In this document: positions 33,870 to 44,398 of the stretch, piece after piece
Layout: each line of letters begins with the position of its first letter
Position numbering within the stretch: position 1 is the stretch's first letter
DNA from: Candidatus Latescibacterota bacterium
Lineage (GTDB): Bacteria > Latescibacterota > UBA2968 > UBA8231
NCBI GenBank assembly: GCA_965248265.1
Contig: CBDFJF010000001.1
Coordinates: forward strand, 2,560,001-2,624,000
Reading direction: 5' to 3'
DNA length: 64,000 bases
Program-made: the position numbers and the translations under genes
Notes under the pieces: model-generated
Told to the model about the DNA's origin: nothing
Databases searched by the model: none
Seen by the model: the letters and a program-made list of their open reading frames with translations, nothing else

Positions 33870-36341
33870 CTACTGGGTGGCGGTCTCTTCTTCCTTCTCA
33901 TCGACTGCTTCATTGGAGTCACGCTCATCGTCGAAGACGAGGGCGTCGGCCTTTTTGGTCACCCGAATACGGCTGCCGTCCGCGAAGCGCCCCTGAAGAA
34001 TCTCTTCGGCGAGAGGATCCTCCAGCAATTTCTGGATCGTGCGTTTGAGATAGCGGGCACCAAAGCGCTGGTCGAAACCGTTCTCTGCTATCAGGTTCTT
34101 GGCGCCCGGAGTGATCCGCAGTTTGATGTCCTGTGGCTCGAGGCGGCTCTTGAACTCGGTGAGAACAATGTCGACGATGCCGACGATGTCTTCCTTGCGC
34201 AGGGCGTGGAAGATGACGGTGTCGTCGATCCGGTTCAGGAACTCCGGATTGAATGTCCGCTTCATCGCGTCCGTGATCTTGTTGTCCAGTTGAAGCTGGA
34301 AGGTCTCGGAGTCCGCGTTCTGAAAACCGAGTACCCCGCCCTCACCCACTTCGCGGCTACCGACATTGGAGGTCATGATGATGACGGTGTTGCGGAAATC
34401 GACCTTGCGGCCGGTACTGTCTGTTAGGCGGCCCTCGTCCAGGATCTGCAGCAGAATATTGAAGACGTCGGGGTGCGCCTTCTCGATTTCATCCAGCAAT
34501 ACGACCGAATAAGGACGGCGACGGACGCGCTCGGTGAGCTGTCCGCCTTCGTCGAAACCGACGTATCCGGGAGGCGCGCCGATGAGGCGAGATACGGAGA
34601 ACTTCTCCATGTACTCGGACATGTCGACGGTGATCAGGGCGTCTTCCTCGCCAAACAGGAATTCGGCAAGTTTTCTGGCGAGGTAGGTCTTTCCGACTCC
34701 CGTTGGACCGAGAAAGATGAAAGAACCGATCGGCTGCTTGGGATCCTGAAGTCCTGCTCTGCTGCGGCGGATCGCTTTCGATATGATGGAGACGGCAGGT
34801 TCCTGGCCCACGACCAGGGTCTTGAGTTCATCCTCCATGCCCAACAGCCGCTCGGTCTCGCTCGTGGCCAGCCGTTGGATCGGCACGCCGGACATACTCG
34901 ATACAACCTCGGCGATGTCTTCCTCCGTGACCTCCACGATCTCGTTGCGTACCTCTTCCTCCCATGCCCGCCGTCTCTGTTGCAGCTTCTCACGCAACGT
35001 GTGCGCCTGGTCTCGCAGATTCGCCGCCTCTTCGAACTCCTGGCGTTCGGAACACTCCAGCTTACGCCGGTCGATTTCCTGTATCTCCGACTCGAGCTTG
35101 CCGATCTCCTCGGGCGGACTCAATCGCGCCAGATGGACCCGTGAACCGGTCTCGTCGATGACATCGATGGCCTTGTCTGGAAGATAACGATCATTGATGT
35201 AACGATCGGCCTGCTTGACCGAGTAGGCGATCACATCATCAGGGAATTTGACGAGGTGATGTGACTCGTAGTTCGAGCGCAGACCCTTGACGATCTCGAT
35301 GGTGTCCTCGACCGATGGAGGATCCACCATGATGGTCTGGAAGCGGCGCTCCAGGGCTCCGTCCTTCTCTATGTACTTGCGGTATTCGTCCAGAGTGGTC
35401 GCCCCGATGCACTGCAACTCTCCTCTGGAAAGGGCAGGCTTGAACATGTTGGATGCGTCGAGCGTACCTTCGGCGCTGCCGGCGCCCACGATCGTATGCA
35501 GTTCATCAATAAAAATCACGACATCCGGGTTCTGCTGAAGCTCGTTCAGCACAGCCTTGATACGCTCCTCGAACTGTCCACGGTACTTCGTCCCGGCCAC
35601 GACCCCACCCATATCCAGCGTCACCAGTCGCTTGTCCAGCAGAATCTGGGGCACCCTTTTTTCGACCACTCTCTGCGCAAGCCCTTCGACGATCGCGGTC
35701 TTGCCGACACCGGGATCCCCGATCAGGATGGGGTTGTTCTTCTTTCTCCGGCTCAGTATCTGCGTAACCCTCTCGATTTCCTTCTCACGTCCAATGACTG
35801 GATCGAGCTTTCCCTCGCGGGCAAGTTGCGTCAGATCGCGACCGAAGTGATCCAGGAAAGGGGTCTTGCTCTTTTTGCCCTTCTCTTTCTGTCCCCCCGT
35901 CGACTTTCCCTCTATCACGGCCAGCGTTTCCTCCATGGCCGTCTTGTAGTCGACACCAAACGCAGCCAGAATCTGGGCTGCCACACCTTCTTTGTCTTTG
36001 AGTAAGGCCAGCAAGAGATGTTCGACGTCGACGAACTGGGTCTTCATCTCTTTGGCCTCGTTGGCCGCAACTTCCAGGATCTGCTTTGCACGAGGAGTGA
36101 ACGGGACTTCGCCGATCGTCATCGTGCCACCCGAGGTGGCGACGTAGTCTTCGACGGATTGCTTAACCGTTTCCAGGTTTAGTCCGAGGTTCGTGAGGAC
36201 GTTGACCGCCTTGCCTTTGCCCTCTTTGATGATGCCGAGCAGTAAATGCTCCGTGCCAATGTAATTGTGCCCGAGTCGCGCCGATTCCTCACGCGCGTAC
36301 TGCATCACCCGCTTCACACCATCAGTGAACATGTTGTTCAT
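33870..36341 (-). CDS. clpC: ATP-dependent Clp protease ATP-binding subunit ClpC
   Basis: Clp_N repeats (GTEHLLLG), [11 protein letters not shown] coiled coil, [14 protein letters not shown], ClpP-docking LGF loop. Confidence 0.95.
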   Translation of the reverse strand: MNNMFTDGVKRVMQYAREESARLGHNYIGTEHLLLGIIKEGKGKAVNVLTNLGLNLETVKQSVEDYVATSGGTMTIGEVPFTPRAKQILEVAANEAKEMKTQFVDVEHLLLALLKDKEGVAAQILAAFGVDYKTAMEETLAVIEGKSTGGQKEKGKKSKTPFLDHFGRDLTQLAREGKLDPVIGREKEIERVTQILSRRKKNNPILIGDPGVGKTAIVEGLAQRVVEKRVPQILLDKRLVTLDMGGVVAGTKYRGQFEERIKAVLNELQQNPDVVIFIDELHTIVGAGSAEGTLDASNMFKPALSRGELQCIGATTLDEYRKYIEKDGALERRFQTIMVDPPSVEDTIEIVKGLRSNYESHHLVKFPDDVIAYSVKQADRYINDRYLPDKAIDVIDETGSRVHLARLSPPEEIGKLESEIQEIDRRKLECSERQEFEEAANLRDQAHTLREKLQQRRRAWEEEVRNEIVEVTEEDIAEVVSSMSGVPIQRLATSETERLLGMEDELKTLVVGQEPAVSIISKAIRRSRAGLQDPKQPIGSFIFLGPTGVGKTYLARKLAEFLFGEEDALITVDMSEYMEKFSVSRLIGAPPGYVGFDEGGQLTERVRRRPYSVVLLDEIEKAHPDVFNILLQILDEGRLTDSTGRKVDFRNTVIIMTSNVGSREVGEGGVLGFQNADSETFQLQLDNKITDAMKRTFNPEFLNRIDDTVIFHALRKEDIVGIVDIVLTEFKSRLEPQDIKLRITPGAKNLIAENGFDQRFGARYLKRTIQKLLEDPLAEEILQGRFADGSRIRVTKKADALVFDDERDSNEAVDEKEEETATQ

Positions 36342-36485
36342 CCCCGAAGACCTCCTATATGTCCTGGTCCCACCATCGTGCGGCGGCGGCACGGCAGTGC
36401 GTTTTTTTCGCGCAAGTACCTGGAAAGACCTGTGTTACGACTATTCTGACCCAGAATCTGAACCTACCAAAAGCCCCAGACGTTG

Positions 36486-37562
36486 TCAAGCAGCCCCCCG
36501 GCCATGTGCGTCGGCTTCCTCGAGCTTCCTTCTAACGATGGTCGCGCGTCTGGAATCCCGCTCATCCGGTTCCAACCTCTGCCCGGCTTCCGCCTGTAGA
36601 TGCGCGGGCTGAGTTACAATCATGAGTTGATTCACGAACCTGGACGGGAGGCCGCTGATGAGGGAAAGGCTCAAGCCCAACCTCACCGCAGAGAGCAGAT
36701 TCATGAACTCCTGGCTGCTCAACACTCGAGCGTTCGACAGGAGTCCCAGTGCACGCCAGACCTTATCCTCGACTTGTGAGCGGGCTTCCGCCAGGAGCGC
36801 TTCCTGACCGTCGCGCTCGTATTCTACGAGCTTTCGGGCGACCCCGAGAAGGCCGTCCACGATCTCCTGTTCGGACTGTCCCAGGGTCGACTGGTTCGAT
36901 ACCTGAAACAAATTTCCCGCCGCATTGGTTCCCTCACCGTACACTCCCCTGACCGTGAAGGACATCTGGCTCAATCCCTGCAAAACTCGTTCCATGTCTT
37001 CCGTCAGCACCAAGGCCGGCAAATGCATCAGTACGGATAGCCTCAGCCCGGTCCCGGTGTTGGTAGGACAAGCGGTCAAGAAACCGAGGTCGTCGCTGTA
37101 GGCGCATTCCAGATTGAGTGCCAACTCGTCGTCGAGGGCGTTGACCCTCTCCCAGGCGGCACCCGCCTGGAGCCCGGGCGAAATCGACTGGATCCGAAGG
37201 TGGTCCTCCTCGTTGATCATGACGCTGAGCGACTCGTCACTGTTGAAGAGCACTCCCCGTTGACCTTTGGCGTCAGCCAGGTTGGGACTTATCAGATGGC
37301 GTTCCACGAGCAGGCGACGCTCGTTCTTGTCCAGCAGTTCCATGTTGTAGAAGGTGGCCGCGCTCATGTGCTTGCAGCCCTTGGCGGCGGCGAGGACGGA
37401 GGCGATGACCTGCGCCTGCTCCTCTTCGGTGATCCTGGCACCGAATGGGTAGGTCGAGACGTTCCTCGCCAAGCGAGCGCGGCAGCTGATCACAATTCCG
37501 GCGGCATCATCTTCTCCGCTCAACCAGCTCGGCGCGCTCGTGACCAGGGATTGGAGCTTCAT
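36486..37562 (-). CDS. mcsB: Protein arginine kinase McsB
   Basis: SCRARLARN, LVERHLIS, MINEEDHLRIQ, LTACPTNTGTGLR, VRGVYGEG. Confidence 0.95.
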   Translation of the reverse strand: MKLQSLVTSAPSWLSGEDDAAGIVISCRARLARNVSTYPFGARITEEEQAQVIASVLAAAKGCKHMSAATFYNMELLDKNERRLLVERHLISPNLADAKGQRGVLFNSDESLSVMINEEDHLRIQSISPGLQAGAAWERVNALDDELALNLECAYSDDLGFLTACPTNTGTGLRLSVLMHLPALVLTEDMERVLQGLSQMSFTVRGVYGEGTNAAGNLFQVSNQSTLGQSEQEIVDGLLGVARKLVEYERDGQEALLAEARSQVEDKVWRALGLLSNARVLSSQEFMNLLSAVRLGLSLSLISGLPSRFVNQLMIVTQPAHLQAEAGQRLEPDERDSRRATIVRRKLEEADAHGRGAA

Positions 37563-37572
37563 CGCGGCGACC

Positions 37573-38166
37573 TCATCGACTGTCCTCCGGGTCAGGATCA
37601 CTCGCTGCCGCCTCCAGTTGGCCGATGCGATCACGTAGAGCCGCAGCTTGCTCGTAGGCCTCGGCTTGCACCGCCTTCTCGAGCTCGGCCCTCAATTCAC
37701 CCAGATCATCGATGGCCAGCACTGCACCGCTGGTGGCCTCTGGCGTCGGATCCTGCTCGACAGCTGACGCAGCACAAGGCCGCTTGCCTACATGCACCTG
37801 AGCTCCATGGATCCGCTTCATGAGGCGTTGGAGCTCCTCGCTGAAAGCCTGGTAACAGTCGTCACACCCAAAACGGCCATTCTTGCGGAACTGCCGATAG
37901 GTCATACCGCACCCGGAACATGTTTTATCCGATGCCTTGCCCGTATTCGGTAGATGACCGGTCACGGCATTCGACGCCTTGGCCTCGGGCTTCTTTTTTT
38001 CTGGCGCCACTTCCACCTCGGCCGCGGATGGTTGAGCACCCGTGCTGGTACCGTGGGCTACCTGAGAAGCGCAGCTGGGACACAGATGGAGGGCTCGCTT
38101 CTGATCAGCCGAGATTTTGGTGAGAAGGACCGTCGCCTCCTCCTGCTTGCATGATTCACATTTCAT
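37573..38166 (-). CDS. mcsA: McsB activator McsA (CxxC and UVR domain)
   Basis: CESC, CPSC, CSGC, GRFGCDDCY, H...HVGKRP, EAYEQAAALRDRI. Confidence 0.93.
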   Translation of the reverse strand: MKCESCKQEEATVLLTKISADQKRALHLCPSCASQVAHGTSTGAQPSAAEVEVAPEKKKPEAKASNAVTGHLPNTGKASDKTCSGCGMTYRQFRKNGRFGCDDCYQAFSEELQRLMKRIHGAQVHVGKRPCAASAVEQDPTPEATSGAVLAIDDLGELRAELEKAVQAEAYEQAAALRDRIGQLEAAASDPDPEDSR

Positions 38167-38177
38167 GGTGGTTGGCG

Positions 38178-38846
38178 TCAGTTCAAGAGCAATCGGCCTT
38201 GTTCGATGCGACCGCTGCGATCGAATCGGGAAGCCAGTTCGTGGTCGTGTGTCATGATCAGGAAAGTCTGATTCTCTGATTGCGCCAATTCTATTATCAT
38301 GTCGTGGAGGCGCATGCTGGTCTCAGCATCGAGGTTGCCCGATGGCTCATCGGCTAGGACAATAAGAGGCTCCATGACCAGGGCACGAACCACGGCCACG
38401 CGCTGACACTCGCCTCCAGAGAGCTCTCCAGGGCGGTGATGCAAGCGAGCCTCCAACCCCACTCGGGAGAGCAGATCTAGTGCTTTGTCGCGTATGTCAG
38501 GCATCGACTGCCCTGCAATCATGGCCGGAAGCATCACATTCTCGATGGCCGTGAACTCGGGCAGGAGGTTGTGAAACTGGAACACGAAGCCGATGTGCCT
38601 GTTGCGAAACTCGGCGAGATCGTCATCTGGAAGATCCAGAACATCCGTTTGCCTTATTTGGAGCTCACCGTGGCTCGGCCGATCGAGTGTGCCGAGAATG
38701 TGCAACAACGTGCTCTTGCCGACACCGGAAGCGCCGGTTACGGCAACGAGCTCCCCCCGTGCCAACTGCAGACTCACGTTGCTCAGCACCGGCAGGTCCT
38801 CGACGCCCGACTTGTAGCTTTTGCTGATGTTGTGCGCTTCCAGCAC
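38178..38846 (-). CDS. lolD: Lipoprotein-releasing ABC transporter ATP-binding protein
   Basis: GASGVGKSTLL, GFVFQFHNLLPEFTA, LSGGECQRVA, ADEPSGNLD; start approximate. Confidence 0.9.
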   Translation of the reverse strand: MLEAHNISKSYKSGVEDLPVLSNVSLQLARGELVAVTGASGVGKSTLLHILGTLDRPSHGELQIRQTDVLDLPDDDLAEFRNRHIGFVFQFHNLLPEFTAIENVMLPAMIAGQSMPDIRDKALDLLSRVGLEARLHHRPGELSGGECQRVAVVRALVMEPLIVLADEPSGNLDAETSMRLHDMIIELAQSENQTFLIMTHDHELASRFDRSGRIEQGRLLLN

Positions 38847-38893
38847 GAGCTCAACCCCGCTGGCTTTATCCCTGATTTCGATACGCTCTCTCC

Positions 38894-40144
38894 CTACATA
38901 ATATATCGGATCGCTTCGACCGGTTGCAGGGCGGCCGCCTTGCGAGCCGGGTACACCGATGCCAGCAGCGAAATGGTCAGGCTGACGACGGACACCAGCA
39001 GGAAATCCAGCAGCTGCATGTCCACGGGCAGATTGCTGATGATGTAAATGTCGCTGGGGATGGCGATCAAATCGAAGCGGTCCTGCATCCAGCAGACCAG
39101 GTAGCCGACAGTGCAACCGAGGGCAGTGCCGAAAACTCCGATGAACAGACCCTGGTAGACGAAGATGCGCCTGACACTCCTGGCCTTGGAGCCCATGGCT
39201 CTGAGGATGCCGATTTCGGGCGTCTTGATCAAGATCGACATGGTCAGGATCGACATGATGTTGAACGAGGCAACCAGGATGATCAAACTCAGAGCGATGA
39301 AAATGACCCACTTCTCCAGCTCCATCCAACGAAAGAGCTCGGGAAATTGTTTCGTCCAGTCGGTGCCTCGGTACGGGTAGCCGAGCTCTTCACTCAATCG
39401 CTCTCGAATCGCCGGCGCCTCGTCTAGGTCGGCGACGCGCAGATGGATATCGGTTACCGCATCCCCCAGTTTGAGCACATTTTGAGCGGCGGCGAGAGAG
39501 ATGAAGCCAAATTTGTCGTCATAGTGGTACATGCCACTCTGGAACAGATCCGTGACCACGAAGGGATGGACCTTTGGCTTCAATCCCATCAGAGCCACTT
39601 CCTCCACATCACTGCTTGGGAAGGTGAGCAGGTACACGTTCTGGCCAGGTCCGGTCCTGAGCCGGCTGGCCAATTGCTGTCCGAGCACGATTCCCGGGAG
39701 CCTGCCCCCGTCGAGAGGATCGAAGTTGATCTGGTTGTCAGAGAGGTAAAGATGCTCGGGCAAATCCGAAACCGTGCCGAACGTCTCGGGCTCGATACCC
39801 CATATCAGGGCGCCGTCCTGTTCGTGCTCCGCCCACAACACCATTTTCCCTTTCACGATCGGAGCGGACCCGGTGAGTTGCGGATCGGCCTCCAGACGCG
39901 CCATCACCTCGCGATACGCCTCGATGGGTTCGCCGTGCCACTTTTTCACGGCCACGTGCGCGTCCATGCCGATCAGGCGGCTCTTGACTTCTCCCGAGAA
40001 CCCGTTAGTAACCGACAGCATGATGACCAGGGCGGCTACACCGAGAATGACGCCTCCCACCGCGATGAATGCGATGAAGGACAAGAACCCGGCGTTCTGC
40101 TTGGACCGCAGATAGCGTCTGGCGATGAACAGCTCGTAGGTCAA
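38894..40144 (-). CDS. lolC: Lipoprotein-releasing ABC transporter permease LolC/E
   Basis: FIARRYLRSK, LGVAAL..LSVTNGF, EIGILRAMG, YPARKAA.L.P.EAIRY. Confidence 0.9.
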   Translation of the reverse strand: MTYELFIARRYLRSKQNAGFLSFIAFIAVGGVILGVAALVIMLSVTNGFSGEVKSRLIGMDAHVAVKKWHGEPIEAYREVMARLEADPQLTGSAPIVKGKMVLWAEHEQDGALIWGIEPETFGTVSDLPEHLYLSDNQINFDPLDGGRLPGIVLGQQLASRLRTGPGQNVYLLTFPSSDVEEVALMGLKPKVHPFVVTDLFQSGMYHYDDKFGFISLAAAQNVLKLGDAVTDIHLRVADLDEAPAIRERLSEELGYPYRGTDWTKQFPELFRWMELEKWVIFIALSLIILVASFNIMSILTMSILIKTPEIGILRAMGSKARSVRRIFVYQGLFIGVFGTALGCTVGYLVCWMQDRFDLIAIPSDIYIISNLPVDMQLLDFLLVSVVSLTISLLASVYPARKAAALQPVEAIRYIM

Positions 40145-40154
40145 GGCAGGCCTT

Positions 40155-41247
40155 TCAACGACCGTGCGTCAAGTAGGCTTTGATGAAACCGTCGATGTCG
40201 CCGTCCATGACGGCCTGGACGTTGCCGGTTTCATGCGAAGTACGGTGATCCTTGACCATCTTGTAGGGGTGAAAGACGTAGGACCGAATCTGACTGCCGA
40301 AGTCGATGCTCTTCTTCGTGCTTTCGACCGCCTCGAGCCTCTTGTCCTCCTCACTCTTGAAGTGCTGGTACACCCTGGCCGTGAGTACCTTCAACGCCAT
40401 CGATTTGTTCTTGAACTGTGAGCGCTCATTCTGGCACTGCACCGTGATCCCGGTGGGCAAATGCGTAAGTCTTACGGCTGATGAAGTCTTGTTGACGTGC
40501 TGGCCACCGGCTCCGCCCGCTCTGAAGGTGTCGTACTGCAAGTCCTCATCCCGCAGTTCCAGGTTCGGGATCTCGTCAACCTCAGGGAAAACGAACATGG
40601 AGGCGAAGGAAGTGTGTCTGCGCTTGTTGGCATCGAACGGGGATATGCGTACGAGGCGATGAACCCCGGCTTCGGCCTTCAGGTACCCGTAAGCGTAAAG
40701 CCCTGTGACCTCGATCGTCGCGGACTTGATGCCGGCCTCATCGCCGGGCTGAAGATCCAGAATCCTGCTGTTGAAACCAGAGCGCTCGAACCAACGGGTG
40801 TAGAGTCGCATGAGCATCTCGGTCCAGTCGGCGGCCTCGGTGCCCCCGGCACCGGAATTGAGCTCCACGATCGCATCTTTGCGATCGTCCTCCTCATTGA
40901 GCAAGTTGCGCAGTTCCAGATCGTCGAGCCGCGTGTAGAAACCAATCATCTCCTGCACGATCTCCGCCAGTGAGGTATCGTCCGACTCCTCACTGGCCAT
41001 TTGGTACAGCTCCTGCGCGTCATCGAGCTGTTGTTTCAGCTCCGACCAGGGTCGAATGGTCTCCTTGAGTTGGCTGACGTGTCGCGTCGTGTCCTCCGCC
41101 TGCTTCCGGTCTGACCAGAAATCAGTTTCGGCCATGCGCGTTTCGAGCGTTTCCAGCTCTTGCGTTGCGCCTTCGATGTCAAAGATATCCCCGCAACCGT
41201 TCCATACGTTCTTGACAGTCGGTGAGCATTTCCTCGGTCGTTGCCAT
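40155..41247 (-). CDS. prfB: Peptide chain release factor 2 (programmed +1 frameshift)
   Basis: MATTEEMLTDCQERMERLRGYL, then CTT TGA C slippage into the long frame with GAGGTEA, SPF and GGQ motifs. Confidence 0.96.
41178..41195 (-). promoter_or_regulatory. RF2 autoregulatory frameshift site
   Basis: GCGGGGA TAT CTT TGA C: internal SD-like sequence plus CTTTGAC at 41184-41178. Confidence 0.92.
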
Positions 41248-41303
41248 TTGTCACACTCCTATCTTTCGGATTTCACTCGGTCGTGCTGCGTTACTTTGTG
41301 TCG

Positions 41304-41795
41304 TTACTCCTGATAGCGTTCGAACAGCAAACGCTCCGCACTGCGATCCATCGGAATCGTGAACAAGAGCTCGCCTTGCACCGAGTCGTCACGATCCAGG
41401 CGAAACTCGTCCGCTCCTATGTCGATGAACAGAGGCGAGTGGGTCAGTGGATAGTGCAACTGGTCGTCGCTGTCCTTCAGCCGAAAACAGCGGGTGACAA
41501 TAGGGTAGCCAATCTTCATTCGGGCCCTCATCTCCATCGTCACCAGCACGAACTTGTGGCCCTCCTGTGGAAGGCCCTTGAAGTAATGAAAATAGCGAAC
41601 CTCGTCGACCTCCAGTACATAGGGTGTCTTGATGCGGTCGAATAGATCCGGCAGCTCATCAAGTTTGCCGTAGGACCCGTCATTGAACTTGTATGCGAAG
41701 TAGATCGGTACAGCCAGGGCGCTGCCGAGAAGGACTATGCGGTTCAGCCAGCGCAGGCGGGCCCGATTCTGACTCCTGGAGGATTGATAGTTCAC
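41304..41795 (-). CDS. Membrane-anchored hypothetical protein (DUF4352-like Ig fold)
   Basis: One N-terminal TM helix, then P.EGHKFVLV...FRLKDSD...VQGELLF.IP pattern. Confidence 0.6.
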   Translation of the reverse strand: MNYQSSRSQNRARLRWLNRIVLLGSALAVPIYFAYKFNDGSYGKLDELPDLFDRIKTPYVLEVDEVRYFHYFKGLPQEGHKFVLVTMEMRARMKIGYPIVTRCFRLKDSDDQLHYPLTHSPLFIDIGADEFRLDRDDSVQGELLFTIPMDRSAERLLFERYQE

Positions 41796-41823
41796 GGGAA
41801 AGGTGCTCTGTGCCGCTGGCCGG

Positions 41824-43620
41824 TTACTCCCCAGCGCGTATCAGAGCGAACTTGCCAGTGTGTGAGAATGTACCTGCCACTACCCGATAGATGTATAGCC
41901 CACTGTTCAGCCGACCAGGAACGGACCAGCGCAAAGCACGTTCGGGTCCACTGTAGTCCCCAGCCTCCAACCGCCGGCGCGGAAGCTCGGCAATCTTATT
42001 GCCTGACAATTCGTAAATGTGCACGGCCACCTCATCCTGAACTGAAAGCGCCAGGGGAAAAAAGAGCGTTCCTCCGTTGGCAGAGAATCTAAGCGGATTC
42101 GGAAAGGGTGTCTTGCCTGCGCTCTCATCGGGGATGGTCACGCTCAGTCCACTGGCGGCCTCGGCGTTCACCAGTCCAAATCCGTACGCTGTGTCGGCCC
42201 CTGCCTCACCAAGATCCCGTGCGGTTTCGCGAAGCTCCTGAGCCATTTCCCCGGGACTCCACTCAGGGTGGATCTGCAATAGAAGCGCACACGTGCCAGC
42301 GACCAAGGGCGTAGCCAGCGAGGTGCCTCGAGCACGGCCGTAGCCACCACCAGCATGGGCAACGACAACGTCCGCACCAGGGGCTACCAGGTCTGGTTTT
42401 ATGCGCCCATCGGGCGTCGGCCCTCGTGAGCTGCTGCTGGCGATCTCGAGATCGAAGACACTCACCGAGCCGACGGTGATCACGTCCTCTGCGTCAGCCG
42501 GCACGCTGACGTAGCGCCAGGCCTTGTCGCCATCGTTGCCCGCCGCGTTCACGACGACGATGCCTCTCTGAGCGGCAAGGCCGGCAACGATACTGGTGGG
42601 AGCCGTTTGTCCGTCGAGCTCCGAGTAGGTGTACCCGCTACCGTCATCCCATATCGTGTAACCGAGCGACGAATTGATGACCTGCGCCCCCAGACTGTCC
42701 GCCCATTCGAGACCGGCGATCCACCGATCTTCCTCAACAGGCAATTCGTCGACTAGGTCCTCCACCTTGGCCAGTATGTACTCAGCCTCCGGAGCGGCTC
42801 CGATCATAATGCCCTCAGCGTGTGCCGCCAGCAGGGAAAGAACCCTCGTGCCATGACCGTTCTGGTCTGACCTGGTCTCGTCGCCAGTCTCCGTTTGCAC
42901 GGACTCATCCCAGACAATGTCGTCGCCATTGATGAAATCACGGGTTGCGATCACTCGCAGCTCGGCGAATGCAGGATGGTCGTGAAAGTTAAACCCGGAA
43001 TCCAGGACTCCCACTCGTACTCCAGTGCCGCGATAACCCAATCCGTGCAATACGGTAACTCCGATCCTCGACAGCTGCTGGAAGGAATCGCCATAGTCAA
43101 TGTCCTGGGTCCTGCTCTGTCGTTTGCCTCCACCCCCGGTTTCCAGCCTGACCGTCGTGCGCGGCGCCACCATGCGCGCGACGGGTCGCAACCGCGCGAC
43201 AAAGGGCTGCTTCTGCAACCACCGCATCTGTTGACCGGTCGCCTCGACACTGACGGCGTTCAGCCATCTAGATTGCACGCGCACGGCGATCCCGTGATGC
43301 CGTATACGCTCGATGTAAGAAGCGTTTAGAGGCCGATCCGTGTCCGCATTTGCCCTGAGCTCGCTCCAGGCTGGCCATTCCACTGCTGCACCATGTTTAG
43401 TGCCATCATTGGCCGGTTTGTCCCGCAAACAAACCCACAGGGTTGTGTGGCCGCTCCCATCCACACTCGAGTCTCGGAAGCTCTCAGCCACCGATGGAAC
43501 GTTGGGATAGCCGATGAAGGCCGCCAGCATCAACATCCAGCGTGAGTGATTGCGCAATCGAAACAAGTGCCTTTCGAGAGAGAGAACGATGGGGCAGTCG
43601 GACCGCTCGTGCTGCGACAA
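41824..43620 (-). CDS. S8 family (subtilisin-like) serine peptidase with C-terminal sorting-like domain
   Basis: Catalytic motifs LDSG, HGT, GTSLATP; AAGNDG; C-terminal PFPNP..IYELSG..SGLYIYRV..GKFALIR; start may be 43536. Confidence 0.92.
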   Translation of the reverse strand: MSQHERSDCPIVLSLERHLFRLRNHSRWMLMLAAFIGYPNVPSVAESFRDSSVDGSGHTTLWVCLRDKPANDGTKHGAAVEWPAWSELRANADTDRPLNASYIERIRHHGIAVRVQSRWLNAVSVEATGQQMRWLQKQPFVARLRPVARMVAPRTTVRLETGGGGKRQSRTQDIDYGDSFQQLSRIGVTVLHGLGYRGTGVRVGVLDSGFNFHDHPAFAELRVIATRDFINGDDIVWDESVQTETGDETRSDQNGHGTRVLSLLAAHAEGIMIGAAPEAEYILAKVEDLVDELPVEEDRWIAGLEWADSLGAQVINSSLGYTIWDDGSGYTYSELDGQTAPTSIVAGLAAQRGIVVVNAAGNDGDKAWRYVSVPADAEDVITVGSVSVFDLEIASSSSRGPTPDGRIKPDLVAPGADVVVAHAGGGYGRARGTSLATPLVAGTCALLLQIHPEWSPGEMAQELRETARDLGEAGADTAYGFGLVNAEAASGLSVTIPDESAGKTPFPNPLRFSANGGTLFFPLALSVQDEVAVHIYELSGNKIAELPRRRLEAGDYSGPERALRWSVPGRLNSGLYIYRVVAGTFSHTGKFALIRAGE

Positions 43621-43691
43621 GAGCGCTCCGGGTGCGCGGCTTGATTGAAAACGGAGAAACTACCGGGCGATCCTGCGAGCGCTCTCCGCGG

Positions 43692-44384
43692 TCACTGGGC
43701 TTCCAACGCGGTCGCGGGTTCGGGATCGCGGCGATCGATGACTTCCACACCGGAAGGGGGGCTGAAGACGAAGAGATCGTCGTCGATTTTGTCATTGACC
43801 CGATGCCGCGACAAGACGTAGGTGGTAACGTTTTCGTTGGCCTCGGTTTGCTCTACCATCAACAGATGCCAGCGCTTTTTGTCGATCCAGACTGTCATGC
43901 CTTCCACTCGGTCTCCGGTCGTCGAATGATCCGATTTCGACGCCATGACCACCGAGTAACAAGGACGCCCCTCCAGTTCCACTTCCGTCACTGCGACTGG
44001 ACGGAATTGTTCAGTGTGCTCGACCAGGATCTCCCAAGGAGTCGGTAGATCTCGATTGTAGGAACTGACGATGACTTGCTCGTTTTCCGGTGTGTAAGCC
44101 CAGACGGCGTCTCCATCCCCGATAACGACATAGCCATCATCGATTTCCAGGCGGAATTCGCTTGGTTTGCGCGTGTGGATTTCACCACTGCGACTCAAAT
44201 TCTTGTCGAGCACCGCCCAGTAGAGCTGTTTCTCGAACCTGGCGGAAAACGTCTTCGATTTAGCGAAGCTCTTCTGCATGCGTTCGATTACCTCAGAGCC
44301 CGTGATCGAGGCTGCAAAAGCTGGTGTTGTCAGGTAGCAGAGCACTCCTGCACAGACCACCGCTATCGTCCAACCAGGTTTCAT
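43692..44384 (-). CDS. lolA: Outer membrane lipoprotein carrier protein
   Basis: Signal peptide, FSARFE, KPSEFRL, DGDAVWAYTP..EQV, F.FSPPSGVEVID; downstream of ftsK. Confidence 0.85.
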   Translation of the reverse strand: MKPGWTIAVVCAGVLCYLTTPAFAASITGSEVIERMQKSFAKSKTFSARFEKQLYWAVLDKNLSRSGEIHTRKPSEFRLEIDDGYVVIGDGDAVWAYTPENEQVIVSSYNRDLPTPWEILVEHTEQFRPVAVTEVELEGRPCYSVVMASKSDHSTTGDRVEGMTVWIDKKRWHLLMVEQTEANENVTTYVLSRHRVNDKIDDDLFVFSPPSGVEVIDRRDPEPATALEAQ

Positions 44385-44398
44385 CGACTAGGCTCCTG

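Noticed and set aside
38847-39329. N-terminal extension of the lolD ORF (similarly ruvC 10084-10404 and rsmA 4197-4346)
   Set aside because: Overlaps the upstream gene in another frame; family homology starts downstream
41036-41254. prfB apparently split or truncated (pseudogene?)
   Set aside because: Explained by the well-known programmed +1 frameshift at CTT TGA C
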